A stretch of 49,472 bases of DNA, from assembly GCA_965644295.1 (NCBI GenBank), contig CBFFRP010000393.1, forward strand, positions 1-49,472, given 5' to 3'. The number at the start of each line of letters is the position of its first letter. The first letter of the stretch is position 1. A program made the translations under genes and the position numbers. The DNA comes from Paraphysomonas bandaiensis (lineage: Eukaryota; Protista; Chrysophyceae). The notes beneath the pieces are model-generated. The model searched no databases, was not told the origin of the DNA, and worked only from the letters and a program-made list of their open reading frames with translations. Positions 1-10,520 of the stretch are shown piece by piece.

Positions 1-2411
1 GACTTGTTGTGCAATGACGATATTCTATTCACGGCGTCTATTACTATTTGCGTGGTCACCATCTTCACCCAGTTGGTCCTACTCACATATTTATTTGTTT
101 TAAGGTTTAAAAATATCCAACTCCCGTTTGCGTTGCCGGATGGGTACAGCGCGATACATGGTTCTGTTCTGTCCTGCTCCGCGTTATTGCTCTTGACCTT
201 CGGGTCATAGCATTCTACGTAGTCCCCGAAAGCCAGTGACAGTTCCTTTTTATAATTGGGTTTCCGACCAGTCAATGCCACTCGCGGTGCTACAGTTGTG
301 CCATTGGTGGATGGCCTCCTCAAGTTCATGCGGCTGTTGGCGTATCTCACCAGGTCTCTGACGTTGGCATCTGGTAGGTTCCATGGTAGCCCTGAATGTA
401 CACTGCGTATTGTCTCTTTGAGTCGCCTAATCTTCGCGTCGATCTTGTCCAGGTGATCTCCAGCCCCTGCCACGTCAATCTCCATCCCTGTGATTTTGCC
501 TCTCAGGGCCTTGAATCCCGGCTGAGGGTCCAGGTAGGTAACTGTCGGTATGTACCCGTAGCTTCTTAACAGGTTTACTTGTTCCTGTAGGGCCAATCCC
601 AACTGATCCGTTGTTTCGTTTTCGAGTGAAGTAACGATGGTTAGTCCCAATGGTTCCGCTAGTGTGAGCATGAACGATTGCTGTCTCACACTGAAGATGT
701 CTGTGTACAGCCTTTGCTCCTTCTGCTGTTCTGCCTTCAGTTCCGGATCCGCGTATTGCCGGCTGACTTTCTTATTCGTCTGCTTGCCTCTCACCGCTTC
801 GAACGGTCTCCCATATATGTCAAAAGCTCTTCTGATATCACTCGGGGTAAGTCGCACCCCTGTAACGTTTCCGTCGCTCACTAGCTGCACAGCATCTCTC
901 TCCGAGTCGAAGCCCGAGTTTCGGATCAGGTCTCGTGCTTCTCGTGCTCTCGCGACTTCTACTTTCGAATATTGGGCTTCGCGCTCCGCTACAGTCGTTA
1001 CGTTGACTTTGGCCGTTGCCCAGTCGCGCATGTCGGCCACATACATCTTGTTCTTTCGATAGAAAGTCAAATCACTGTCAGGTAAGTGCACAGTGAAAGA
1101 CTCTCCCTGCCTATATGTCACTTCATATATGTCTTCTACGTCCGCCTGGCATAGTACGCTTGCCCTTAGCTCATCCGCTGTCTTACAGGTGAAGAATTGA
1201 TCCAGCTCGCCTACATTCGGTAGTTCCAGTGCGTGTCCCGATAATCCCGCCACGGTGCATCCTCTGGACGCCGGTCTTACATTGTTCAGTAGTCTTGGGT
1301 GTACTACCGAGACATCCGCCTGATTGTCGAGTAATACTTCGTACCATTGGAATGGCTCGCTTCCTGACGTGAAGGCGTTCAACATTGTTGTCGTGCAGTG
1401 CTTGTTTTCTGATTCTTGACTGCTGTCTGGACATTCGTTCATTCTGTGGCCTGGCTCACCGCAGCCCCAACATATGAGCTGCCTTTTTTTCTGACCACGT
1501 TTACTGTTGTGCGATTTCGTGTCGTTCCCTTGTTGCTGCTCTGGTGTATCATCGCTATCTGCTGATTTCTTGCCTTTGTCAGACTTCGATTTGCTCACGA
1601 ATGCAGATCCGCCGCCTGCTCTCGTTGCTCTCTTCGGCGTTAGATATTTTGATGCTTTAGTATATATTTCATTTACGTGCGTAGGTGCTGCTTGCGTTCC
1701 CATTGTTAGATCGTTGAGATAGCTAGTTTTGAAATCGCCATATCTCATGTCGTCCAGCCCTTCGAAGAAATCCATCGCGATGTCTTCTTCATTCATTTCC
1801 GCGTTGTTCATGTCTTTGTAGGCTTCTAATAGATGATCAAACCTCTCCTTATAAGTAACTATACTCTCATATGCTCCCTGTTTAGCGTCTTTGTACCTTT
1901 TCCTCGCTTCTGCTCGTACCACTGTACTTACGCTGGAGTTAGTGGATACTTTGTGGGTTTGTTTGATAGCCAGCCATAGTAGTAGAGGATCCTTAGTCCT
2001 GTTCATGAGCTCGTATTCATCTAATAGCTTGACTGCATCCATTGATTCGTGGCTCAGATGGTCTACCATGAATGAGTAGAATGCCGATCTATCGTTCCGC
2101 ATCTTGTCTATTAATCTCCCTCTGGTCTTGGTCTTGTCCTTCATCAGGTCGAGGTTAACTCCATAGGGGTCGTCTTCCAAATCAAAATCCTCTGGGTTTA
2201 TCGCATCGGGCTCATAATATTTGTCCAGCTCTACTAGGCGTGCAAGATCACCGTACTTTTGCATGCCCACCACTACAAGCCTCTGTTTGAATGTGGCGAA
2301 GTTCGAGTTGGCACCGTATCTTAAAGTCGGTACATGTTCTGGTCTATCGGTGCTCGGTTTCTTGCCGAATCTTGCAAATCTTGTTGGCTTGTCGTTCGTT
2401 GTCTTCTTCAT
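1..2411 (-). CDS. Copia gag-pol polyprotein (partial, open past the window edge; absent from the ORF track)
   Basis: Hand translation from ATG 2411 (MKKTTNDKPTRFARFG...). Zinc knuckle CWGCGEPGHRMNEC (~1430-1472), aspartic protease EVLLDNQADVSVV (~1300-1340), integrase core YTDIF...YLDPQ...HLDKIDAKIRRLKETIR...LPW...TGRKP...FGDYV. ATG, knuckle and integrase checked as same frame. Confidence 0.9.
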   Translation of the reverse strand, partial: MKKTTNDKPTRFARFGKKPSTDRPEHVPTLRYGANSNFATFKQRLVVVGMQKYGDLARLVELDKYYEPDAINPEDFDLEDDPYGVNLDLMKDKTKTRGRLIDKMRNDRSAFYSFMVDHLSHESMDAVKLLDEYELMNRTKDPLLLWLAIKQTHKVSTNSSVSTVVRAEARKRYKDAKQGAYESIVTYKERFDHLLEAYKDMNNAEMNEEDIAMDFFEGLDDMRYGDFKTSYLNDLTMGTQAAPTHVNEIYTKASKYLTPKRATRAGGGSAFVSKSKSDKGKKSADSDDTPEQQQGNDTKSHNSKRGQKKRQLICWGCGEPGHRMNECPDSSQESENKHCTTTMLNAFTSGSEPFQWYEVLLDNQADVSVVHPRLLNNVRPASRGCTVAGLSGHALELPNVGELDQFFTCKTADELRASVLCQADVEDIYEVTYRQGESFTVHLPDSDLTFYRKNKMYVADMRDWATAKVNVTTVAEREAQYSKVEVARAREARDLIRNSGFDSERDAVQLVSDGNVTGVRLTPSDIRRAFDIYGRPFEAVRGKQTNKKVSRQYADPELKAEQQKEQRLYTDIFSVRQQSFMLTLAEPLGLTIVTSLENETTDQLGLALQEQVNLLRSYGYIPTVTYLDPQPGFKALRGKITGMEIDVAGAGDHLDKIDAKIRRLKETIRSVHSGLPWNLPDANVRDLVRYANSRMNLRRPSTNGTTVAPRVALTGRKPNYKKELSLAFGDYVECYDPKVKSNNAEQDRTEPCIALYPSGNANGSWIFLNLKTNKYVSRTNWVKMVTTQIVIDAVNRISSLHNK

Positions 2412-2710
2412 AATTTCCTCTTACGCAGAGAAAAATACGGTACTCGGTCGAATGATACGGATGTTACTAATCAATAAACGGACGGAATACCCCCGTTGCT
2501 TTTACACAGTCTACACTACAGGTAGTCAAAGCAAGGTTCTCTTTATAGTTACTACAGAACTTCTCAGTAAGAGGAAATTATGCCTCTATTCTACAGCCGT
2601 ACACTACACACTGCATAATATAACACCATACACCTCTATGTGCCCTATGCATATCTTATACAGTCACTTCAAGTACTAAACTGAAAAGAACATCCTCTCA
2701 TTCCTCTACG

Positions 2711-2802
2711 CACATCACCATGTCCATGTACCTGTCTACCTGTACTGTTGGACACATCACCATGTCCATGTACCTGTCTACCTGTACTGTTGGACACATC
2801 AC
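2711..2802. repeat. 42-bp tandem duplication in the retrotransposon leader
   Basis: CACATCACCATGTCCATGTACCTGTCTACCTGTACTGTTGGA twice, plus the start of a third copy. Confidence 0.9.
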
Positions 2803-3300
2803 CAGCTCTCTCTCTCTGTCCAACACACTCATAACACCACTGCAGTGTCATACACACACACAGTACACTCTACCTCCTCCTAGAAAACCCCCAGACAAAC
2901 TATCGTCTCTCCCTTCGTCTCTGATACCTTGCCGTCATCTTCCTTACACACACTCTCTATGCCTCAGTCTGTACCCCCCTGCACCAACACAGACACTAAC
3001 AAGGGCAGCTGAGGACGTCCGAGTGTCTCCTCCAGACCATCATCATCATCACGATCATCTCGTGCATAGGTCTATCAGAGTACTCGACCTCAGTGACTCT
3101 TGTTCTGTTGCGCAGTCTCACTCTCCTCAATCAGATGTTGCCTCTCTTGCACCATCACACTCCCTCTCGACTCCCTGTAGCTGGACACACCGGATGACCC
3201 TCACATCCCACCCCTGTACAGCTATACACCCTCTTGCATGTGTTCTCTACCGCTGGCTAAGACAGCAAAAGAGCCGATTTCGACGCTTCTTCACAGTAGG

Positions 3301-3308
3301 CCATAACC
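3301..3308 (-). promoter_or_regulatory. Putative primer-binding site (half-tRNA-iMet type)
   Basis: GGTTATGG on the minus strand right after the inferred LTR end. Matches the first 8 nt of the copia-type PBS GGTTATGGGCCC, then diverges. Confidence 0.5.
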
Positions 3309-3755
3309 TTTTGCAAGACCTTCATCCACATACCTCCGAGCCACTTGGAACAATGCCTAAAGGAAGGCCACCAGATCGCCAATCTCAGAAGGGCATATTA
3401 CTGTTTCCCCTAACTGCCATAAGGCTAATAAGTCAGTCCCCGTGAGGTACATAAGGCTATCTATCATATAGCGAGTGGAGTCTCATCCCAAGAGGAGACC
3501 TCCAGATCACACGCGCCGGTGAGTCCCAGGACACACGATCATGGCGAGCCTCATAACACACACTAAGAACGGAAGTGGTTGCACCTTGGTGCTTGCGGCG
3601 ACGCACAAGCAGCTTCTGTAGCGTTAAATAGTAGGATAAAAGAGTTTGTATTGATTAGTTACGGGTAGTAGTCTAACTAGTATGACTAGCATTCTTCTAG
3701 CCACTAATTGGTGCAGGCTTTCAACGCCTATTGCTAAATAATCAGACATTCAATA
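3309..3755 (-). repeat. 5' LTR (~447 bp)
   Basis: Minus-strand ends TATTGAATGTC...GTCTTGCAAAA (imperfect inverted termini). 3473-3755 is strongly similar to 12340-12627, and the left end is shared with copies at ~4667 and 38838. Confidence 0.7.
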
Positions 3756-3769
3756 TATATGTACATTAA

Positions 3770-4398
3770 CATTGTCATTATTATCTCTACATCCTTATAC
3801 CACTATGCTACTACCTGGATTGCAGTGTACGACATACTCTGCACGATCTAGTTAGACTGACAAGTGTCCTGACACAGAGCCTCTAAAGAGGCACACAAAA
3901 CTTTTCTGGCCTTCCTTTCCCTGGGTTGGACAAAGTGGCCAGTGCGTTCGACTGGAGTCGGATTGGTCTGATAAACGTACTACGAGGGGTTTCCCGATAG
4001 CAATATACTCGCATGGAATGTACTCTTGGCGCCAACTTTCTTCTTCTATTTGTGAGAAATTAGCCTCTAACGGTTACATTGTCTACGCGGTCGACCATTT
4101 ACCATCCGCTATGATGGCACGGCCATACAACTCTCCCGCAGACAGTATTGTTTATGACTACCTACTGCCGGAAAGTATCAAACCTGGTAGTCGTGATGAA
4201 CGGATGTATTACATGGGTGGAATGGATCGTCGAGCCAAAGAAGTTATCACTCTCATCGACCATTTGTCGCGACCCGAATTATCTCTAAGGAGTATGCAAT
4301 CGACATGAAGCAGGTGAATTTATTTGGACATTCGTTTGGCGGTGGCACATGTGCCACTGTAGCCTGTAGAGACAAACGCGTTACGAGTTGCGTTTTAT
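3770..4398 (+). pseudogene. PAF-acetylhydrolase-like alpha/beta-hydrolase fragment, frameshifted
   Basis: FPIAIYSHGMYSWRQLSSSICEKLASNGYIVYAVDH in one frame. Nucleophile elbow VNLFGHSFGGGT...DKRVTSCVL in another frame after ~4285 (GAATTATCTCTAAGG). No N-terminus or catalytic Asp/His exons found. Confidence 0.75.
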
Positions 4399-4666
4399 GT
4401 AAGTGTGCATACATATACTTCTGTCCACAGCTCGTTTGATAGATGTCGGAAACTTATTGTCATACACATGTGTGTTGTATTGTAAGTTGCTGCTATAATA
4501 CTTGTAGCTACATGTCACAACAGTCACTGTTCTGACTCTTTCAATGATAATTATATGAATTCAATGAAATGATAATAATGTATTTTAGACAATCTGAAAT
4601 ATTGTAAGCCTAACAGTATGGAAATTAGCAATGTAAGATGAGAAATAATTGTCACAATTTTGATTA

Positions 4667-5036
4667 TATGAAAGTCTTATTATTAGCAATAGGCGTCGAG
4701 AATCAGCACCAGATTAGTAGCTAGATGAAAACTAGTCAAGCTAGGTAGACTTCTACCTGTAACTAGTTCAAATTCTCATATCCTATATCCTACTATGTAT
4801 CGCTACGAAAGCTGCTTGTGCGTCGCCGCAAGACAACTTCCATTCAATTTTGATTATTAATTGATAGATAGTGTGTTTTCTCTGAGTTCACTTTTATTTA
4901 CTTCTAAGGGTAAATATGTCAAAATTTGACACGCTGTACATCACTGAGTGTATCATGTTGCTGCTCTGGTTTAGGTCGAAATAGTAGTTGGCGCATGATT
5001 GTGATAGTCAGATAGTAATTAGTTTTGATTTCAACA
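4667..5036 (+). mobile_element. Solo LTR related to the copia LTR, opposite orientation
   Basis: Starts TATGAAAGTCTTATTATTAGCAATAGGCGT and contains AAGCTGCTTGTGCGTCGCCGCAAG (reverse complement of the LTR core). Candidate end GATTTCAACA. No TSD seen. Confidence 0.6.
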
Positions 5037-5148
5037 TCTAGACATCGGTTTTATCATTTAAACCCACACATTATTCATTTTATTCTTGCAAGCAATTGTG
5101 CTCTGGGGCCCGATCACCAGAATATAATAAGATATTCCACATTATTAT

Positions 5149-5173
5149 CCTAACCCTAACCCTAACCCTAACC
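5149..5173. repeat. Interstitial telomere-like (CCCTAA)~4 tract
   Basis: CCTAACCCTAACCCTAACCCTAACC read directly. Confidence 0.85.
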
Positions 5174-5984
5174 AGAATTGGGGTCAACAAAACACTCATA
5201 TTATCACCGGACAAATATAAACATTCAATTCAATATTTACAATTATCTTTATTAGAAATTGATAGTTTTTCGAATGTGATTTGCTATATTTTAGGGAAAC
5301 AACTTTCGAAAGCATGTCATCAAGCACTCGTAGTTTTGTTCCCTCCTTTTTGTCTGATGTAGAAGATCAGTATGATCTATCATTAACACAATGCTTAAAG
5401 AATATTACTGGAGAATTCAATGACACAGCTAATATGCTGAAAGTGGGAAAACGGAAACTAGACTGTGTACAGATATTAAAAAATCAAGCATCTAAATGTG
5501 CTCATGCAAGGTCTCAATAGTATCTCGCTTACATATGATTGTCGTATACTTGATAATCACGCCCAGTACTTGAACAACTTATCTCCCCTTCCAGTTACTT
5601 TTTTCCACATGGCATAGGCAAGTTTCGTTAGTTACGTAAAGTAAAGTATAGTTCCTATTGGTTGTGTTTATTATTTATTGGGTTGGTTTTATAATAATCA
5701 GAGATAACTTCCAATAAATAAAGACAGATGCCATTCTCTGCAAAAAATAGATGCATCACAGGTAAACTACACAACTAAGACACAAACAACCATACATATA
5801 CACCAATCAAATACTAAACTGTAGACACACAATACAACAAGTACACCGTATAATTCCGATATGGCGGTCAGAGTATTCTTGCTGAATATTTATCTCCATA
5901 TAGGCAACAAAGATAGGAAGAACAATAAAACCAGAATGCTTCATATGGTAATCTCATTACACTACACCAATGCTGTCAGGAGGA

Positions 5985-6345
5985 AACGGAAATATACCAC
6001 TTTCAGGGGAATGCTATTGACTAGTTCTCTGCCATTGATCGAAGGAGGGCACAACACTAGTAGCTGCACCATTCTTGGACGTTTCGAATGTTGCCTTGTT
6101 GGTGTTACCACCAGCAGGAAGTGGAGGGGTACCATATTCAGGGGCGTGTTGCGAATGAGTAGTTCTCTGCCATTGATCGAAGGAGGGTACCACACTAGTA
6201 GTTGCACCATTCTTGGACGTTTCGAAAGTTGCCTTGTTGGTGTTACCACCAGCAGGAAGTGGAGGGGTACCATATTCAGGGGCGTGTTGCGAATGAGTAG
6301 TTCTCTGCCATTGATCGAAGGAGGGTACCACACTAGTAGCTGCAC
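5985..6345 (-). repeat. 138-bp coding tandem repeat (~2.5 copies)
   Basis: GCCATTGATCGAAGGAGGG at 6031, 6169, 6307. Confidence 0.95.
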
Positions 6346-7525
6346 TACTCTTTGCATTTCTGAATGTAGATATACTAACATTGGTAATGGGTGCCATACC
6401 TGCATTACAGTAACGTCCATTCGACTGACTGCAAGTTAGTGCAGGAGTAAGTGGCATTGAATGTGGTATCGACGTTACGTAGGCATTTGATGGCCATAAC
6501 CTATTCGATGAACTTAACACAGAATTTCTGAATGAAGGAGAAAATACACTAGCAGAAGACTCTCCCGAAACAAAATATGGAATCATAGATCCACTACGAG
6601 GCGAAGCAGATGATCGATTATTATTCGATACACTGCGAGTGTCTTTATTCGTAGCAGACGTTAACGAAAGTGAATTGGATTCAGTATGTGTTTTCTGATC
6701 AATAATGACATTGACAACCGCATCCTCCATCACTGTCATGACAACTTCAGATACTTCTTTGAGTACAGTTTCTTTGGGTCTGGCCAAAAGCCAATTGATG
6801 ACAACAGCATCGACACACAGATCAAGTATACACCAGAAGTTACATGCGTATGCTGCTTGGGTTCCATGTGATAAAGTGTTCATCAAGAAGTTGATAAAGG
6901 TAGTACTGAAACTTAGTATCGCGCCGGTTAAATTTTCCCTGGCGAGCACTTGCACAGTTCTAGAATCATTGGCATAATCAAAGAGTGGAGCTATCAATTG
7001 ACACAACATTGTTAGGCTTAGTGATACATCGTAAGCAATTAAAATGATCGACGCTCTATCTAGGATGCCAATATGACATTGTCCATCCTGATCAATGTAG
7101 AACTGAGCCCCCATAATTGCCCATATCAATACAAAAGGACTTGGAACCAACAATGCAATGTTGAATAAATACTGTCGGGAGTGCAGTCTATTCGAGACTG
7201 CCTTATAAAATAAACACCTCGTTCGATGCACAGCTTCTATCAGAAAAATATAAATCAGTATTTTAATGGACACATAAAGTATGACACATGACCATAACCC
7301 AACACGACAATATACATCAGTGTTTGAATGATACTGCATCGGACTAACAATAACCACTTGTATGACAAATACAAGTGATAAGACCAATACAGCGATTCCA
7401 ATATGATCAGATAGACGTATATCATCCATTTTTCTCATGATTTTAACTCTTTTATAGATTATATACAGTATAAGTATAACTGTAACACCTGCCAGTGCTG
7501 TGACTATAATATCAAGCACTGTCAT
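6014..7525 (-). CDS. 7TM GPCR-like protein, paralog 1, with 46-aa PSFDQWQ tail repeats
   Basis: 503-aa intronless ORF with seven hydrophobic segments in the first ~250 aa. Cys at TM3 start (YCRVG) and in ECL2 (GQCHIG), FLIEAVHR at TM3 end, Ser/Pro-rich tail. Confidence 0.85.
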   Translation of the reverse strand: MTVLDIIVTALAGVTVILILYIIYKRVKIMRKMDDIRLSDHIGIAVLVLSLVFVIQVVIVSPMQYHSNTDVYCRVGLWSCVILYVSIKILIYIFLIEAVHRTRCLFYKAVSNRLHSRQYLFNIALLVPSPFVLIWAIMGAQFYIDQDGQCHIGILDRASIILIAYDVSLSLTMLCQLIAPLFDYANDSRTVQVLARENLTGAILSFSTTFINFLMNTLSHGTQAAYACNFWCILDLCVDAVVINWLLARPKETVLKEVSEVVMTVMEDAVVNVIIDQKTHTESNSLSLTSATNKDTRSVSNNNRSSASPRSGSMIPYFVSGESSASVFSPSFRNSVLSSSNRLWPSNAYVTSIPHSMPLTPALTCSQSNGRYCNAGMAPITNVSISTFRNAKSSAATSVVPSFDQWQRTTHSQHAPEYGTPPLPAGGNTNKATFETSKNGATTSVVPSFDQWQRTTHSQHAPEYGTPPLPAGGNTNKATFETSKNGAATSVVPSFDQWQRTSQ

Positions 7526-7775
7526 TATTATATCTGATTAAATAAGACTCATGTAGAAGGGGGGGGAAGGAAAGTATAGAGCACAATCCTGACTTATAAC
7601 GCACCTAATTCCAGAGGTGTTGCTATAGCCCCCATTGCTCTGTGTACGATATGTGGATTCGTCACTTGTCTATCCCTTCAGTCCCTGTCCAGGCCACATA
7701 TGTATGTACTGTACTGTGTATGTATGTATGTATGTACTGCTGTGTATATATACAGTAGTACACTACGTAGTACAT

Positions 7776-7920
7776 ATCGGCATCATTTGTATATTTTTGT
7801 TCAGAGATGCCTCTAATATTGAGACAATAATTATTTGTATTCTAGCCGTATTTATACTGCAGTTATATAGATTATATTTGCTTCATGTTATTACCGAAAA
7901 ATAAGATGCTGACTGCCGAT
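7776..7920. mobile_element. ~145-bp MITE-like dispersed repeat, copy 1
   Basis: Ends ATCGGCA...TGCCGAT. Clear homologs at 28256-28401 and (reversed) 30937-31080. Confidence 0.8.
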
Positions 7921-8186
7921 ACTAGGATATAGACAGCAATAGAATATGGATGGATATATGTACATATGTACATGTGTACGTGTACCTGTGTACGTGTACA
8001 TGTATGTGTACAGACATCCAAACAGCACACCCTCTTCAACGAAGGGACGCTGTCAAGGGAATGGAGTACCTTCTCTCATATATATATATACATACATACA
8101 TGTACCTGCCCTCTTCGTCTTCTCCTTCTCACAGCATCTTAATATACTCACACCTCATATGAATATTATCATACCACAATACACTA

Positions 8187-10520
8187 ATGAAACCACATGA
8201 TATTGCTGTTGAAGTAATATCTTGTATATCTATCCTCCTTATACTCTACTTATTATACTGGCGATTCAATGCATTCACTCACTATACCCACCTCCTTCCT
8301 ACAGACTATATAGGCATTATATTCCTTATCTTATGTCTTATATTCTCTATACAAGCAGCAATAATTGCTGGTATACAAGCACAATCAGGATCTCTTCTAT
8401 ATTGTCGTTTAGGGGACGAAATATCTATTGTCCTTTATATGACCTGTAAGATGATGATATATATATTTCTCATTGAAACTGTACATCGTGTAGCATGTTT
8501 ATTTTATGAAGGAAAGTCTAATAGATTTCAATCCAAACAATATTGTGTTAATATACTTTTGCTAATTCCCAGTGCAGTTATATCTGTATGGGCGATGCTG
8601 AGTACCACATATCACGTCGACGCCCGCGAAATATGCCATTTTGGACTACAGCAAAAAGGGGCAATTCCAGTGATTATTTATGACGCATCATTAAGTGCAG
8701 TTATGGTATCTCAACTACTGCATCCACTGTTCAAGTTTTCTACTGACTCGACCACTGTTCGTTCTCTTGCGAAAAAAAATTTTACTGGAGCTACTCTAAG
8801 TTTCTCGACCGTTATGGGGACTTTCTTAGTCAATACCGCGCGAAATGGAAACCAAGAGGCATATCTAACGTACATTTGCTGCCTTATTGACCTGTGTGTC
8901 GATGCTGTTGTCATCAATTGGCTTTTGGCCAGACCCAAAGAAACTGTACTCAAAGAAGTATCTGAAGTTGTCATGACAGTGATGGAGGATGCGGTTGTCA
9001 ATGTCATTATTGATCCGAAACAGCACACTGAATCCAATTCACTTTCATTAATGTCTGTTACAAATAAAGACACTCGCAGCGTATCGAATAATAATCGATC
9101 ATCTGCTTCGCCTCGTAGTGGATCTATGATTCCATATTTTGTTTCGGGGGAGTCTTCTGCTAGTGTATTTTCTCCTTCATTCAGAAGTTCTGCGTTAAGT
9201 GCATCGAATAAGTTGTGCCGAACGTCTACTCCAAGCAGCAATTCTTCAGGGTCTCCATGTTTAGAAACAGATGTATCCACGAATGACTTAAAATCGAGTT
9301 CTTTGGAGCCATGCCTAAAACCGGGGAGGCGTCTTAGTGGCCAAGGAGGCACCCTATTACCGATTCCTGGTAGTCATAATATGACTCCACCGGGAAATGT
9401 GACGAACGTTGGTGTTGCTAGTGTGAGACGAGTATCTGGTCAGCGGCAGAATGCTAGTCGACCATATAGTATTGACAATTGCAAGACGACACGTGGAAGC
9501 AAAGATTGGACCTTACATTCTGATGGTGCATCAATGGTGCCACCATCATTCGATCAGTGGCAGAGTACTATTAAGCTAAACGACAATGATAGTAGCAGCA
9601 CTCCCGCACTTCCAGATTCCAGAAATAGTGAATTTATACGAGGGAACGTTGGGAAAGGTGACTCTGTGGCACCATCCTTTCATGAGTGGCAGAAATCTAT
9701 TCAGCCACAACCCGTAGTTGAAAGTAAACCCTCTGTTCGTCAGGATGTGTGTACTAGAATAGGTAAAATGGAAGCTGGCGTTGGCCGCGCCGCCCCATCA
9801 TTCGATCAGTGGCAGAGTACTATTAAGCTAAACGACAATGATAGTAGCAGCACTCCCGCACTTCCAGATTCCAGAAATAGTGAATTTATACGAGGGAACG
9901 TTGGGAAAGGTGACTCTGTGGCACCATCCTTTCATGAGTGGCAGAAATCTATTCAGCCACAACCCGTAGTTGAAAGTATTCAGCCACAACCCGTAGTTGA
10001 AAGTAAACCCTCTGTTCGTCAGGATGTGTGTACTAGAATAGGTAAAATGGAAGCTGGCGTTGGCCGCGCCGCCCCATCATTCGATCAGTGGCAGAGTACT
10101 ATTAAGCTAAACGACAATGATAGTAGCAGCACTCCCGCACTTCCAGATTCCAGAAATAGTGAATTTATACGAGGGAACGTTGGGAAAGGTGACTCTGTGG
10201 CACCATCCTTTCATGAGTGGCAGAAATCTATTCAGCCACAACCCGTAGTTGAAAGTATTCAGCCACAACCCGTAGTTGAAAGTAAACCCTCTGTTCGTCA
10301 GGATGTGTGTACTAGAATGGGTAAAATGGAAGCTGGCGTTGGCCGCGCCGCCCCATCATTCGATCAGTGGCAGAGTACTATTAAGCTAAACGACAATGAT
10401 AGTAGCAGCACTCCCGCACTTCCAGATTCCAGAAATAGTGAATTTATACGAGGGAACGTTGGGAAAGGTGACTCTGTGGCACCATCCTTTCATGAGTGGC
10501 AGAAATCTATTCAGCCATAG
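8187..10520 (+). CDS. 7TM GPCR-like protein, paralog 2, with 84/93-aa tail repeats
   Basis: 777-aa intronless ORF colinear with paralog 1 (YCRLG, FLIETVHR, EICHFG, CLIDLCVDAVVINWL). Repeats carry PSFDQWQ and PSFHEWQ. Confidence 0.85.
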   Translation: MKPHDIAVEVISCISILLILYLLYWRFNAFTHYTHLLPTDYIGIIFLILCLIFSIQAAIIAGIQAQSGSLLYCRLGDEISIVLYMTCKMMIYIFLIETVHRVACLFYEGKSNRFQSKQYCVNILLLIPSAVISVWAMLSTTYHVDAREICHFGLQQKGAIPVIIYDASLSAVMVSQLLHPLFKFSTDSTTVRSLAKKNFTGATLSFSTVMGTFLVNTARNGNQEAYLTYICCLIDLCVDAVVINWLLARPKETVLKEVSEVVMTVMEDAVVNVIIDPKQHTESNSLSLMSVTNKDTRSVSNNNRSSASPRSGSMIPYFVSGESSASVFSPSFRSSALSASNKLCRTSTPSSNSSGSPCLETDVSTNDLKSSSLEPCLKPGRRLSGQGGTLLPIPGSHNMTPPGNVTNVGVASVRRVSGQRQNASRPYSIDNCKTTRGSKDWTLHSDGASMVPPSFDQWQSTIKLNDNDSSSTPALPDSRNSEFIRGNVGKGDSVAPSFHEWQKSIQPQPVVESKPSVRQDVCTRIGKMEAGVGRAAPSFDQWQSTIKLNDNDSSSTPALPDSRNSEFIRGNVGKGDSVAPSFHEWQKSIQPQPVVESIQPQPVVESKPSVRQDVCTRIGKMEAGVGRAAPSFDQWQSTIKLNDNDSSSTPALPDSRNSEFIRGNVGKGDSVAPSFHEWQKSIQPQPVVESIQPQPVVESKPSVRQDVCTRMGKMEAGVGRAAPSFDQWQSTIKLNDNDSSSTPALPDSRNSEFIRGNVGKGDSVAPSFHEWQKSIQP

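Larger units (their letters stand above)
1..3755 (-). mobile_element. Ty1/copia (CoDi-like) LTR retrotransposon, 5' portion (RT/RNaseH and 3' LTR lie left of the window)
   Basis: 5' LTR ~3309-3755, PBS-like GGTTATGG next to it, ~890-nt leader, then a long gag-PR-IN ORF with integrase directly after protease (copia order). Confidence 0.9.

Noticed and set aside
2221-3445. Plus-strand ORFs of 152 and 241 aa
   Set aside because: Antisense to the retrotransposon leader/gag, low complexity, no recognisable domain.
8187-8930. Microbial rhodopsin call for the 7TM proteins
   Set aside because: No retinal-binding Lys motif (DxxxK) in TM7. The Cys pair fits GPCR-like proteins instead.
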